From contig CAYRYS010000002.1 in the NCBI GenBank assembly GCA_964428555.1, positions 1,086 through 65,085 of the forward strand: a stretch of 64,000 nucleotides of DNA. Direction: 5' to 3'. The DNA is from an uncultured Spirochaetales bacterium (GTDB lineage: Bacteria > Spirochaetota > Spirochaetia > CAYRYS01). The notes under the pieces are model-generated. The model saw nothing but the letters and a program-made list of their open reading frames with translations, was not told the origin of the DNA and did no database searches. Positions 51,125 through 60,869 of the stretch are shown in pieces. The stretch's first letter is position 1. Each line of letters begins with the position of its first letter. Position numbers and translations under genes: made by a program.

Positions 51125-53344
51125 CTATCTGCAGATACCGATATTATCAAGCATTACAGAGTATTCTTCATCCAGCTGGGGAAATAGAAAGGATATTTCT
51201 GATATTCTATGAATATTAACGTCAGATTCACTGATAAATGCTGTTGCCGGTATTCTGCATGTTTGGTAAACAGGTATATGCGGTTGTATTGAAAGTGCTT
51301 GATACAGCAGGTTTTGCTCGGTTTCTATTTGCGGCATTACTGGAGTGAAGTCTGTTACTATTGCTGAAGCACTTCTTCCCGCTGTATCGCTCACTGTTAT
51401 CTCAAGTTCCAGAAATACCTCGTGAAAATCCTGGTCAGCAGGGTGCGCGGGTTCCTGAAAGTAAGCAATGTCAAAGAGCAGAGCCTCTTCCAAAGAAAGC
51501 CGCGGCACAGATACCTGGTACCTTCCCGGGGTTTCTGGTGAAATGGTCAGATGAAGGACCCGTTCACTATCGCCGTAATGCGACAGTGTTGGCGCGCCTT
51601 CGTGCCAGCGGAGTATAGATTCCGCCTCACTAATACTTCCAGGAATGGACGCTGTTTCAGGATCCGTATCTTCGTTAAAATCTGCGATAGCCTGAAAGTA
51701 TGGTCCCTGGTCCCTTGTGAATACATATGTTTCAGGGATCCATTCTGCATACCTATTCGGGTCTTGAAGGAAGTTGAGATACTGCGTGTTACCAAAGAGC
51801 GATAAATCTAGAAATGCAGATGCTGTTGTTATTAGGTACTGCTGCTGGGCTTCAGGGCTCATTCTATATTGCTCGGGTTGAAAAAGGGATGCAGGGAAAA
51901 TGATATCCGTGCTTCCCCACCCGGTATTCCAGGAATTATGATTAGCCCCGTAAACAAGCATGGCGAAGCGGTAGGTGCTTTCTGCAGATACTGCATCATA
52001 CTGCTCCAACCCGTGAAACTGTTGAATGTCTCTGTCATGGGTTCCGTGAAGCACTAGGTAGCATGTGTTTTCCAGATGGAATTGTCTGTCGTAAGAACTA
52101 TACATAGAATTGGTAGGAGAAAGAGCAATGACTGAATCAATATCCGGAACATCGGGGAGCTGGTATGTAGCTTCTCCAGGCAGCCTGTCAATTGTAGCAA
52201 GATAGGCTGCAGCAGCAGCAGCCTCTCCGCCGCGTGAATGACCGATTACAGCGATTCTGCTTATATCGGCCTTGTTGTAGAATGGGTTTCCAGGAGTTTC
52301 TGTCCATTCCTGCCAATTGCGAAGGTGTTCTAAAAGCAGAAGCGACCGAATTTTTATATCGTTTTCAATGCCTCCGAACACTACATCATATAAACTCATA
52401 TTGAGAAAATTTTCATCTATCGATACTGCGATGTAACCTATACTTGCAAGATGTTCACCAAGGTATCTGTATCCTGGATCCGAAAAATCCTGCATTTGAT
52501 GATTTCCGTGTACAATAAGAACAAGGGGAAACCTCCCATCACCTTGGGGGTACCATACCCTGCCGTTTATTGGGAATGCTTCAGGGGTAAATCCCCAAAA
52601 TGAGGTACGAAAAAACCCGGTAATACCAGACCATCCCTGTATAACCGATGAAAAATCTACAGGGTCAGTCCTTAAATTTACATATTCTGAGTATTCGCTT
52701 CTTAGCTGATCTGTTCCTGTTCCATAGTACATTTCTAATACATTGTACTGCCCTCTTTCGCCCGGACTCTGCACTACCGGTGTCTCTACCATTGAAGCGG
52801 GAAAGTGCATTTCAGCCGGCTGGGTAAAGGCTGGGATAATCCAGAAAAATACAGAAAATGTAATAAGTACACTGCTTGAAAGAATGAGCTCGAGAATAAG
52901 AAAAATCTTCTGTGCATTTTTCAGTTCTCCGAAGCTGCCGGAAATAAAGATGAGGAGCGGTGTGAGCAATAGAATGATGAGAAAAAGCAGTACAACACTG
53001 AGAACAAGACCAATGTTTTCAAGTTGAAGCATTACTGCACCAGTAAAAACAAGAAAGAATGAAAACGCTGCAGCAATGGGGAATGATATATGCTTGAACA
53101 AGGCTTGTAAAAGGAGAAATACAATAGAGATAATGAATACGAGTAAAGGAAAAATGAAAAGAAGGAAAATTATAAGGAAAAACCCAGGGCCGGCAATAAT
53201 TTGAGAAAAACTGAAATTGAGCCAAATAATGAATGCAGATATAAGTATGCCAATGCTTAATTTATGTTCGACTAGCTGAAAAGGAAAAATGGTGTTGAAA
53301 ACACCTAAAAATGCTTTTCCAATACTTTGAATAATTGCTTTCAT
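51125..53344 (-). CDS. polytopic membrane-anchored alpha/beta hydrolase (PAF-acetylhydrolase/dienelactone-hydrolase-like) with extra C-terminal domain
   Basis: The N-terminal ~170 aa forms 5-6 TM helices. The nucleophile elbow is VIGHSRGGEAAA (GxSxG), with HGTHD further on. The ~200-aa C-terminal region is unassigned. Confidence 0.65.
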   Translation of the reverse strand: MKAIIQSIGKAFLGVFNTIFPFQLVEHKLSIGILISAFIIWLNFSFSQIIAGPGFFLIIFLLFIFPLLVFIISIVFLLLQALFKHISFPIAAAFSFFLVFTGAVMLQLENIGLVLSVVLLFLIILLLTPLLIFISGSFGELKNAQKIFLILELILSSSVLITFSVFFWIIPAFTQPAEMHFPASMVETPVVQSPGERGQYNVLEMYYGTGTDQLRSEYSEYVNLRTDPVDFSSVIQGWSGITGFFRTSFWGFTPEAFPINGRVWYPQGDGRFPLVLIVHGNHQMQDFSDPGYRYLGEHLASIGYIAVSIDENFLNMSLYDVVFGGIENDIKIRSLLLLEHLRNWQEWTETPGNPFYNKADISRIAVIGHSRGGEAAAAAAYLATIDRLPGEATYQLPDVPDIDSVIALSPTNSMYSSYDRQFHLENTCYLVLHGTHDRDIQQFHGLEQYDAVSAESTYRFAMLVYGANHNSWNTGWGSTDIIFPASLFQPEQYRMSPEAQQQYLITTASAFLDLSLFGNTQYLNFLQDPNRYAEWIPETYVFTRDQGPYFQAIADFNEDTDPETASIPGSISEAESILRWHEGAPTLSHYGDSERVLHLTISPETPGRYQVSVPRLSLEEALLFDIAYFQEPAHPADQDFHEVFLELEITVSDTAGRSASAIVTDFTPVMPQIETEQNLLYQALSIQPHIPVYQTCRIPATAFISESDVNIHRISEISFLFPQLDEEYSVMLDNIGICR

Positions 53345-53522
53345 ATGTTTCTCCTGCTAGACTATTCAAACAGCTGTTCACACAGCTCGGATTGTTTGTA
53401 GTCTCGTTGTATACGTTTTACCATAGCTCCATAGGAAATACCAGAATCATTTTTATTGTATTTACCAAATAGGCATTTTACACGATAATACTAGTAGCCA
53501 TGTTTTGGAGATATTGCCTATT

Positions 53523-55433
53523 ATGAAGTTTTTACAGTCCTTCAAATTATTCCGACTGTCTACTCCTGCAAAGGTCCTGTTCAGGCAGGAGGCGGTTATT
53601 GCAATTTTACAGGTGCCGGTTTTTACCTATATTCTTTCTGTTGTTCTTCCGCCAACCCTTGTTCATCCCGGGTTCTTCATAAGGATAGCTCTAGCTGCTG
53701 TTAGCGAAGTTATTGTAAATATAATATTTAAAAAGTTGACCTTTTCTTGGTATGGCAAAGCACAGAAGGAGCTAGAAAAAGACCAGCCTGATACAGAGCT
53801 TATGGGTAAGGCAAAAAAAGCAGCCTTCTCATATCCAGTTATTGATGCGCTGTGGATGCTCAGGATATTTTTTTTCGTGAATTTAATTGTTTTTTTTCCC
53901 TGGTTTTTTATTGAGTCTGCAGTTGCGTACATTGTTTACGGTAATCTGGTATTAACTGCTCTTCTTCTCGTTACATTGCCTATTTTCTTCTCAATTACTG
54001 AAAAGGAGTGTGCCAGATTCCTGGGTATACCTGTGGTAGAGTCTATTCACATAGACACGAAGAAGCTTTTAAAAATCAGTCTAGGATTCCGTTTGCTTTT
54101 CTCAATAATCTGTTCGGTCCTTTATCCGTTTATTATGTTAGCCACACTTATGGCGTATATAAATGCAGGTATTTTTGCAATAGAAGGGGTTGCTCCTGTC
54201 TTTCCGGTACTTTTCATTTCTGCAGTGCTTTTGCCGGTAATTGTGGCAGTATTGCTTGTATCCAATATCAAAAACTCGCTTAATGAAATGAGTGGTGTAA
54301 TGAAGTCTATTGTAAAAGGCAAAGGTGATCTTAGTGTACGGGTTGTGCAGAATACGAATGACGAGCTTGGATACTTGGGTCATTATTTTAATGAGTTCAT
54401 GGCTTTTATGAATTCAATGATCAATGATATCCGCCAGGTTAGTGAGAAGACAGCAATAAATTCACTCACCAATGCTGCGTTTTCAGATGAAGCAGCAGAT
54501 TCCCTGAACAAAATGAAGGATGCTGTAGAGGGAGTGAAAGTCCGTACGGGCGAGCTGAATGATGAGATTAACCGGGTATCTGATCAGGCTCAGGAGGTGG
54601 CAAGGTTTATTTCCGAGCTTGCTGATCTTATCAAGCTTCAATCAGCGGATATCGACGAGTCAGCATCTTCGATCCGTACAATGGCGAAATCTATTAAACA
54701 GGTAGCAGGAGTGGCGGATGAGCAGCAAAAGAAGTCCTCTGAATTATTGCAGCTTGCTGAAGAAGGCGGAAAGGAGATGGACGAGACAATAAATGCTATT
54801 ATCCAGGTCTCAGAATCAATCGGTGTTATCAGGAAGATGATGAAGATAATCAATAAGATTGCAGCCCAGACAAATATGCTTGCAATGAATGCAGCAATAG
54901 AAGCTGCGCACGCAGGAGAGATGGGACAGGGGTTCAGCGTTGTTGCTGGTGAAATCCGTGAGCTGGCAGAGGACACTAGTAAAAATGCAAAGGAGATCTC
55001 TGGGGCTTTAAAAGGTATTACTGAGTCTATAGAGCGTTCAGGTGAGTCAACCAAGCATACAGGAGCAATCTTTTCGAATATTGTAACAGGCGTTGAAAAG
55101 ATGACCAATGCAATCGGCTCAATCCATCACTCCACAAGCGAACTCTCATCCAATAGTCAGGATATTTCAACAGTACTTACCAGGCTGTTGGAAAAGACTG
55201 AAGGTGTTGAAAAGAATTCCAGTGACATGGAAGAGCAGATACGGTCAATTGCGGATTTTATTGGCAAAATGCGGTCTGTTTCAGGAAACACCTATGAAAA
55301 GACCCAGGACATTGTAACTAAAATTAGCCAGGTCTGGGATTCTCTTCAGCAGCTCTCAGATGTGCGTATAGAAAACGCAGAAAATATCGCAAAAATTGAA
55401 GGCCTTGTTAAACAATTTAATACAGAAGTATGA
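53523..55433 (+). CDS. methyl-accepting chemotaxis protein with polytopic membrane sensor module (no large periplasmic domain)
   Basis: About 6 TM helices, then a HAMP domain (NDELGYLGHYFNEFMAFMNSM), then the highly conserved MCP signalling hairpin IAAQTNMLAMNAAIEAAHAGEMGQGFSVVAGEIRELAE. Confidence 0.9.
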   Translation: MKFLQSFKLFRLSTPAKVLFRQEAVIAILQVPVFTYILSVVLPPTLVHPGFFIRIALAAVSEVIVNIIFKKLTFSWYGKAQKELEKDQPDTELMGKAKKAAFSYPVIDALWMLRIFFFVNLIVFFPWFFIESAVAYIVYGNLVLTALLLVTLPIFFSITEKECARFLGIPVVESIHIDTKKLLKISLGFRLLFSIICSVLYPFIMLATLMAYINAGIFAIEGVAPVFPVLFISAVLLPVIVAVLLVSNIKNSLNEMSGVMKSIVKGKGDLSVRVVQNTNDELGYLGHYFNEFMAFMNSMINDIRQVSEKTAINSLTNAAFSDEAADSLNKMKDAVEGVKVRTGELNDEINRVSDQAQEVARFISELADLIKLQSADIDESASSIRTMAKSIKQVAGVADEQQKKSSELLQLAEEGGKEMDETINAIIQVSESIGVIRKMMKIINKIAAQTNMLAMNAAIEAAHAGEMGQGFSVVAGEIRELAEDTSKNAKEISGALKGITESIERSGESTKHTGAIFSNIVTGVEKMTNAIGSIHHSTSELSSNSQDISTVLTRLLEKTEGVEKNSSDMEEQIRSIADFIGKMRSVSGNTYEKTQDIVTKISQVWDSLQQLSDVRIENAENIAKIEGLVKQFNTEV

Positions 55434-55474
55434 TACGATAGTGCAATTTTAACGTAAACATAAGAGGTGTCATT

Positions 55475-56881
55475 ATGGCGCAATCTCTTCCTTTCTGGAA
55501 AAAATTGATGTATGCGGCCGGCCAATTTGGATGGTGTATTGCAAGTTATGGTGTCGGGAATCTGCTTACGTATTTTTACATGCCCCCTGAATCAACAGGT
55601 GAGGCTGTATTCCCTGTGTACATTTTTCAGGGTTCCATTTTTCTCGGGCTCACTATTATCGGAGTTCTTGCTTTTGGGGGACGGGTCTTTGATGCAATTA
55701 CTGACCCGATAATTGCAGGGCTGAGTGACAGGTCTACATCCAAATTTGGAAAACGAAGGACCTTTTTATTGATTGGTTCTATTCCCTTTACCCTGTTTGC
55801 AATCCTGATTTTTATTCCTATTGTTCCGCAGCAAAGTGTTGTGAATGCAGTATGGGTAGCAGTATGTATTTTCTTATTCTACCTTTTTTTTACTATGTAC
55901 CTTACCCCGTATTATGCACTCCTATCAGAGCTCGGCCACTCCCCAAAGGAGCGCCTCCAGTTAAGTACAATTATTGCAATTACCTGGGCGCTTGGTTTTA
56001 TGGTTGGAAGCCAGGCATATGCGTTTCAAGGGCTATTTGAAGGATTCGGTTTTTCGCCTACGAATGCGTTTCAAATTGTAATTTTGATTTTCGGAGGTGT
56101 AGGCCTTGTAACAATGCTCTTGCCTGTTATTTTTATTGATGAACATACTTATGGAGATTACCATGTTTCCAAAGAGGGATCATTCGAAGCAGTTGTCTCA
56201 GCTTTAAAGAATAGAAACTTTCTCTTTTTCACATTCTCTGATCTTGTGTACTTTCTTGCACTCACGGTTATACAAATTGGAATATCCTATTATGTAATTG
56301 TGCTCCTTCAGCTTCCGAAAAACATGGCTTCCCTGTTTATGATTGTTCTTTTCATTGTAAGCTTCGCTTTTTATGTTCCTGTTAACCTTACTGCGCAAAA
56401 GCTAGGCAAAAAAAAGGTCATTGTTTTTGGGTTCTTCCTTTTTGCGCTTGGGTATCTTTTTATTCTTTTTATGGGCCGAATACCCTTTATGCCTGCAATT
56501 GTACAAGGGTATTTTATTATGGTTTGGTGCGCGGTTCCTATGGCAATTTTCGGTATTCTGCCGAATGCAGTAGTTGCAGATGTAGCTGAAGCTGATGGAA
56601 TTTTGACTGGCAACTATAAGGCAGGGGTGTTTTTTGGTGCAAGGGGGTTTGTACAGAAGCTTGGTATTTCCGCAGCAAACCTGATCTTTCCCTCACTTCT
56701 GCTTCTTGGCAAGAGCGTCCAGAATGACCTGGGCATCCGCCTCAGTGCTGTGGTTGCATTAGTTTTTTGTATTGCAGGATTGGTAATATTCCTTCAGTAT
56801 GATGAAAAGCATGTGCTTGAAACGCTCGCAACAAAAGAACCTTTATCTCAGGAGGAGCTGGAGGAAGTGCAGGATGAATAG
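55475..56881 (+). CDS. MFS transporter, glycoside-pentoside-hexuronide (GPH):cation symporter family
   Basis: 12 TM helices. GRVFDAITDPIIAGLSDRSTSKFGKRR is the GPH family loop 2-3 signature (DxxxDPxxGxxSDR...G.RRP-like). Confidence 0.85.
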   Translation: MAQSLPFWKKLMYAAGQFGWCIASYGVGNLLTYFYMPPESTGEAVFPVYIFQGSIFLGLTIIGVLAFGGRVFDAITDPIIAGLSDRSTSKFGKRRTFLLIGSIPFTLFAILIFIPIVPQQSVVNAVWVAVCIFLFYLFFTMYLTPYYALLSELGHSPKERLQLSTIIAITWALGFMVGSQAYAFQGLFEGFGFSPTNAFQIVILIFGGVGLVTMLLPVIFIDEHTYGDYHVSKEGSFEAVVSALKNRNFLFFTFSDLVYFLALTVIQIGISYYVIVLLQLPKNMASLFMIVLFIVSFAFYVPVNLTAQKLGKKKVIVFGFFLFALGYLFILFMGRIPFMPAIVQGYFIMVWCAVPMAIFGILPNAVVADVAEADGILTGNYKAGVFFGARGFVQKLGISAANLIFPSLLLLGKSVQNDLGIRLSAVVALVFCIAGLVIFLQYDEKHVLETLATKEPLSQEELEEVQDE

Positions 56882-56941
56882 TTCTGCGGGCTGATTGCTC
56901 CGAATGTAGGCGATTTATTTTGAAAGGTATAGGAAGAAAAA

Positions 56942-59281
56942 ATGACTATTAATTACAACTATGGAAAAGGCGAACACCGCAACTGGATTATCGAAGAAAC
57001 AGAATTTCACCCTGAATACCAGGGAAAATTTGAAACAATATTTAGTTTGGCAAATGGGTATATGGGTACCAGGTCTGTAACTGAAGAACCCTATGCCGGT
57101 CAGACCAGAGGCACGTATATTGCAGGACTTTTTGATGAGTTTCCGGGAGAGGTAACTGAACTCCCGAATCTTCCGGACTGGACTGGAATGGAGCTGTATT
57201 TACAGGAAGAAAAAATGGACCTTCTATCAGGCAGCGCACAGGAGTACTCCAGGCGCATAGATTTGAGAAATGCCCAGCTTGTCCGCGATTTTATCTGGAC
57301 ATCTCCGAAAGGCAATAAAACAAAATTCATTTTTAAACGGTTTCTGTCCCTATCGAACCTACATGCTGCAAATATGAAGGTTGAAATTATTCCCTTAAAC
57401 TATTCCGGAAAAATAACACTGGTTTCAGGAATTAATGGCCAGGTAACTAACTCCGGTGTACAGCACTTGCTGGACTCCAGAGTTCGGCAGTACAGCGAAG
57501 AAACGATCACGCTTTCAACGAAGACTCAAGAGTCCGGTGTTTGTATAACAGAAGCCGCATCATTTGCTTTTTCTCAAAACGGAAAATTCTTTGTTCCGGA
57601 TTATACAATGAAGATTGACAGGCGGTATATTGCTTTTCAATTTGAATTTGATTGCCTTCAGGGTGAGCCTTTGTCTTGCGAAAAATATGTGGTCATTTAT
57701 ACAGAACGGGATCCTGAATTTTCTGAAGGAACAAGCCCTGAGCAGGTAGAGGAAAAAGCCCTTGCAGACTTAAAAGAAATAAAGACTCAAGGCTATGATG
57801 CTCAGTTTTCCGAACATGTAAGTGTATGGCAGAAGGCATGGGAAAGGATGGATATAAAACTGGATGGTCCGGACTTTGATCAGCTTGGGATACGATTCAG
57901 CTTGTACCATATGTATCAAATGACTCCTTTTCATGATGATAGAATCAGTATAGCTGCAAAAGGCCTTGCGGGCGAGGGATATAAGGGCCACGTTTTTTGG
58001 GATGCAGAAATCTTTAATATTCCTTTTCATATGTACGTATTTCCTGAAATGGCGAGAAAGCTTCTTACATACAGGTATCATTGCATAGAGGGTGCGAAAC
58101 AAAAGGCTCGAGCAAATGGATATTCAGGCGCAATGTTCCCCTGGGAGAGTGCGGCTACAGGGGAAGAAACAACACCAATGTGGTGGAGTGTGGACCTAAA
58201 AACAGGTGAGCCGATCCGTATATGGACCGGAGAAAAGGAACAGCATATAACAGCGGATGTTGTTTACAGTATGTGGCAGTATTTCCAGATAACCGGAGAT
58301 ACTGATTTCTATGAAAATATATTTCTGGAGATATTGTTTGAGACATCCCGTTTCTGGGTAGACCGCTTAGAATATAATTCTAAGAATGATGTATACGAAA
58401 TCAATGGGGTTATTGGTCCTGATGAATATGGTGAAAACATCAATAATAATGGATATACTAATTTTCTCGTGCGGTGGCAGCTGAGAAAAGCAGCAGATAC
58501 GGTGAATTATCTGAAATCCGCGAATCCCGAGCTTTGGGATCGAGTGTCAGCAAAAATTCGATATAATGAGGAGGAATCTTCATTGTGGGCATCACATGCT
58601 GATAAACTAGTATTTACCATTGACCCTGAAACAAAGATTATCAGTCAATATGACGGATTTTCCATGCAGCCGGAAATAGATGTTACTCCATTCCGGGGAG
58701 AAGTAAATTCGATCTTGAAAAGGTACGGATGGGAGGAAGTTGTCCATTCTCAGGTTGTTAAGCAAGCAGATGTGGTTATGCTTCTGTACCTTATGGAAAA
58801 AGAATTTTCACGGGAAATACGGGAAAACAACTATAACTATTATGAATCGAGAACAGTCCACGATTCTTCTCTTAGCCCTGCTATGCATGCAATTGTCAGC
58901 TCAAGACTGGGGAAAACGGACCAGGCATATGACTATTTTCAAAGCTCATTAGAAATTGATTTTGGAAAAAAGATGAATTCCTCCAATTCAGGTATTCACG
59001 CTGCCTCGCTTGGGGGTAATTGGCAGGCTGTTGTAAATGGATTTGCAGGGGTCCGCGTGAGTGAGGCAGGTGCACTGTCTGTTAATCCTCACTTACCGCA
59101 ACAGTGGAACTCCTTGGAGTTTACAATGACATTCCGGGAGTTCTTGTTACAGGTAAAAATAAGCACGACCCGCATGAACATCATCCGCATTGACACTATT
59201 CCTGATGTACTAGTTCTCTATTCGGGTGGAGATGAACACCATATCAAGCAAAACGGCGCTATAGAAATAGAATTTACGTAA
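56942..59281 (+). CDS. glycoside hydrolase family 65 disaccharide phosphorylase (kojibiose/nigerose/trehalose/maltose phosphorylase type)
   Basis: The N-terminal beta-sandwich (NWIIEETEF...ETIFSLANGYMGTRS), GHVFWDAEIF, and the catalytic-acid region IGPDEYGENINNNGYTN are typical of GH65. 779 aa. Confidence 0.9.
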   Translation: MTINYNYGKGEHRNWIIEETEFHPEYQGKFETIFSLANGYMGTRSVTEEPYAGQTRGTYIAGLFDEFPGEVTELPNLPDWTGMELYLQEEKMDLLSGSAQEYSRRIDLRNAQLVRDFIWTSPKGNKTKFIFKRFLSLSNLHAANMKVEIIPLNYSGKITLVSGINGQVTNSGVQHLLDSRVRQYSEETITLSTKTQESGVCITEAASFAFSQNGKFFVPDYTMKIDRRYIAFQFEFDCLQGEPLSCEKYVVIYTERDPEFSEGTSPEQVEEKALADLKEIKTQGYDAQFSEHVSVWQKAWERMDIKLDGPDFDQLGIRFSLYHMYQMTPFHDDRISIAAKGLAGEGYKGHVFWDAEIFNIPFHMYVFPEMARKLLTYRYHCIEGAKQKARANGYSGAMFPWESAATGEETTPMWWSVDLKTGEPIRIWTGEKEQHITADVVYSMWQYFQITGDTDFYENIFLEILFETSRFWVDRLEYNSKNDVYEINGVIGPDEYGENINNNGYTNFLVRWQLRKAADTVNYLKSANPELWDRVSAKIRYNEEESSLWASHADKLVFTIDPETKIISQYDGFSMQPEIDVTPFRGEVNSILKRYGWEEVVHSQVVKQADVVMLLYLMEKEFSREIRENNYNYYESRTVHDSSLSPAMHAIVSSRLGKTDQAYDYFQSSLEIDFGKKMNSSNSGIHAASLGGNWQAVVNGFAGVRVSEAGALSVNPHLPQQWNSLEFTMTFREFLLQVKISTTRMNIIRIDTIPDVLVLYSGGDEHHIKQNGAIEIEFT

Positions 59282-59288
59282 AAAGCTG

Positions 59289-59317
59289 TTGACAGATAAA
59301 GAATTCGGGCGTATGAT
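59289..59317 (+). promoter_or_regulatory. sigma70 promoter (TTGACA - 17 nt - TATGAT) for the sugar ABC operon
   Basis: Consensus -35 TTGACA at 59289..59294, an exact 17-nt spacer, and -10 TATGAT at 59312..59317. Confidence 0.65.
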
Positions 59318-59332
59318 TTTGTTGAAAGTAAA

Positions 59333-59346
59333 GGAAAACGTTTTCC
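59333..59346. promoter_or_regulatory. LacI/GalR-type operator O1, perfect 14-bp palindrome GGAAAACGTTTTCC
   Basis: A perfect inverted repeat centred on CG, about 10-23 nt downstream of the predicted transcription start. Confidence 0.6.
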
Positions 59347-59384
59347 CTGTGTGCAGTGCATTGATCCTTTTTTTTAATCAACAT

Positions 59385-59398
59385 TGAAAACGTTTTCC
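59385..59398. promoter_or_regulatory. LacI/GalR-type operator O2, TGAAAACGTTTTCC (13/14 palindromic)
   Basis: It shares the GAAAACGTTTTC core with O1. The centres are 52 bp apart, and O2 lies immediately upstream of the AAGGAGGG SD. Confidence 0.55.
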
Positions 59399-59421
59399 AA
59401 TCAGAAAAAAGGAGGGTTTTT

Positions 59422-60699
59422 ATGAAACCGCGAAAATTATTTATACTTCTCACTGTCAGTTGTTTGCTTTTTACTGCAAATCTTTGGGCAAACGGCGGCC
59501 AGGAAGAAGAGACCGGACCTGTTGAAGTACGGATATCCGGATTTGGAGGAATTGACCAGAACATTGTGGAAGAGCTTCTGAGCAATTTTGTGACTCCGGT
59601 TATTGAAGACGAAGGAATAAGCGTTGTGTACGAACCTGTTCCGGAAAATTATGAGCAGAACCTTATCAATTCTCTGTCTGCAGGAACAGCAGCAGACCTG
59701 TTCTATATGGACATTTTCTGGGCACGGAATGTGATCAATACCGGAAGGGTAGCAGCCTTAAATGATTATATCGATGATTCAGATATAATTAATGATGGTG
59801 ATATTATTCCGTCTCTACTTGATGCATTCACAATTGATGGAGATGTCTATGGTATACCAAAGGACTTTAACAGTCTTGCACTCTTCTTTAATAAGGACAT
59901 CTTTGATATTGCAGGGGTTGAGTATCCTGATAATGATGACACCTGGGAAGAGCTTGAAGAGAAGCTTGCACAGGTCATGGAAAACACAGAAGACATGCAT
60001 GGTCTTGCTGTTCCTCCAGATTATGCCCGGATGGGTGCATTCAGCTTTGCTAATGGATGGCAACCCTTTGAAAACGGGGAAACTAATCTTATGGATCCTG
60101 CTTTTGTAGAGTCTTTTGAATGGTATACCTCATTAAAAGAAAATGGTACTGGTGTTGTTCCAAATGATATAGGACAAGGCTGGGGCGGAGGCGCTTTTGC
60201 GCAGGGCAATGTGGCAGCGTGTCTTGAAGGCGCATGGATACTTGGGTTTCTGCGCGACAATGCCCCTAATCTTAACTACGGCGCTGTTATGCTTCCACAA
60301 TCGCCAAACACCGGTGAACGCGGAAACTTTATATTTACTGTAGCCTGGGGTATAAATGCAGGCTCTGCAAATACAGAAGAAGCATTCCGGGTTGTTGAGT
60401 TGCTTACTAGTCCTGAGGCACAGCAGTGGGTTTTGGAGCGCGGCCTCGCGATTCCGAGCAGGGCAGCCCTCAGTGATAATGAATACTTTGACCAAGACAA
60501 CCCTGAAGCCCAGGCAAATAAAATCGTTTTCATGGGCGCTTCTGAAGGTAATGTGCTTCCCTATTTCTTTCATGAATACGGCGGGACATGGATGGAACCC
60601 ATTAATTCAGCTCTCAATGAAGTGTTCAGCGGCCAGACAGAAGTAAATTCTGCACTTGAAACCGCGCAGCAGCGCTTGGAGCGGGATGTGATGGATTAG
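59422..60699 (+). CDS. sugar ABC transporter substrate-binding protein (family 1, MalE-like)
   Basis: Strong SD. Signal peptide with possible lipoprotein Cys (LTVSC). The SBP_bac_1-type sequence includes AADLFYMDIFWARN and GIPKDFNSLALFFNKDIF. Confidence 0.9.
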   Translation: MKPRKLFILLTVSCLLFTANLWANGGQEEETGPVEVRISGFGGIDQNIVEELLSNFVTPVIEDEGISVVYEPVPENYEQNLINSLSAGTAADLFYMDIFWARNVINTGRVAALNDYIDDSDIINDGDIIPSLLDAFTIDGDVYGIPKDFNSLALFFNKDIFDIAGVEYPDNDDTWEELEEKLAQVMENTEDMHGLAVPPDYARMGAFSFANGWQPFENGETNLMDPAFVESFEWYTSLKENGTGVVPNDIGQGWGGGAFAQGNVAACLEGAWILGFLRDNAPNLNYGAVMLPQSPNTGERGNFIFTVAWGINAGSANTEEAFRVVELLTSPEAQQWVLERGLAIPSRAALSDNEYFDQDNPEAQANKIVFMGASEGNVLPYFFHEYGGTWMEPINSALNEVFSGQTEVNSALETAQQRLERDVMD

Positions 60700-60817
60700 A
60701 AGGAAGTCAAAGGTCCTGTAAGTAAGGTACTGTTCTGCTTTGTTTGTTTGAAAAAGGAACAACAGCTGGCTTACAAGCAGAGTAAATCAGAACTTCACGC
60801 TGACAGGACTTTCATAA

Positions 60818-60850
60818 CGGTGTGTCAGTTCTCTGGCACACCGTCTTTCT
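60818..60850 (+). terminator. intra-operon hairpin / partial terminator between the binding-protein and permease genes
   Basis: A 7-bp stem CGGTGTG / CACACCG with a 12-nt loop, followed by TCTTTCTC. The T-tract is weak, so at best this attenuates readthrough. Confidence 0.3.
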
Positions 60851-60869
60851 CAAAACCCTGGAGGTTACT

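Noticed and set aside
53440-53500. A sigma-28 (FliA) type promoter upstream of the MCP gene (CACGATAA resembles GCCGATAA).
   Set aside because: Only 6 of 8 positions match in the -10 element, and there is no TAAA at the correct 15-nt spacing. This is too weak to call.
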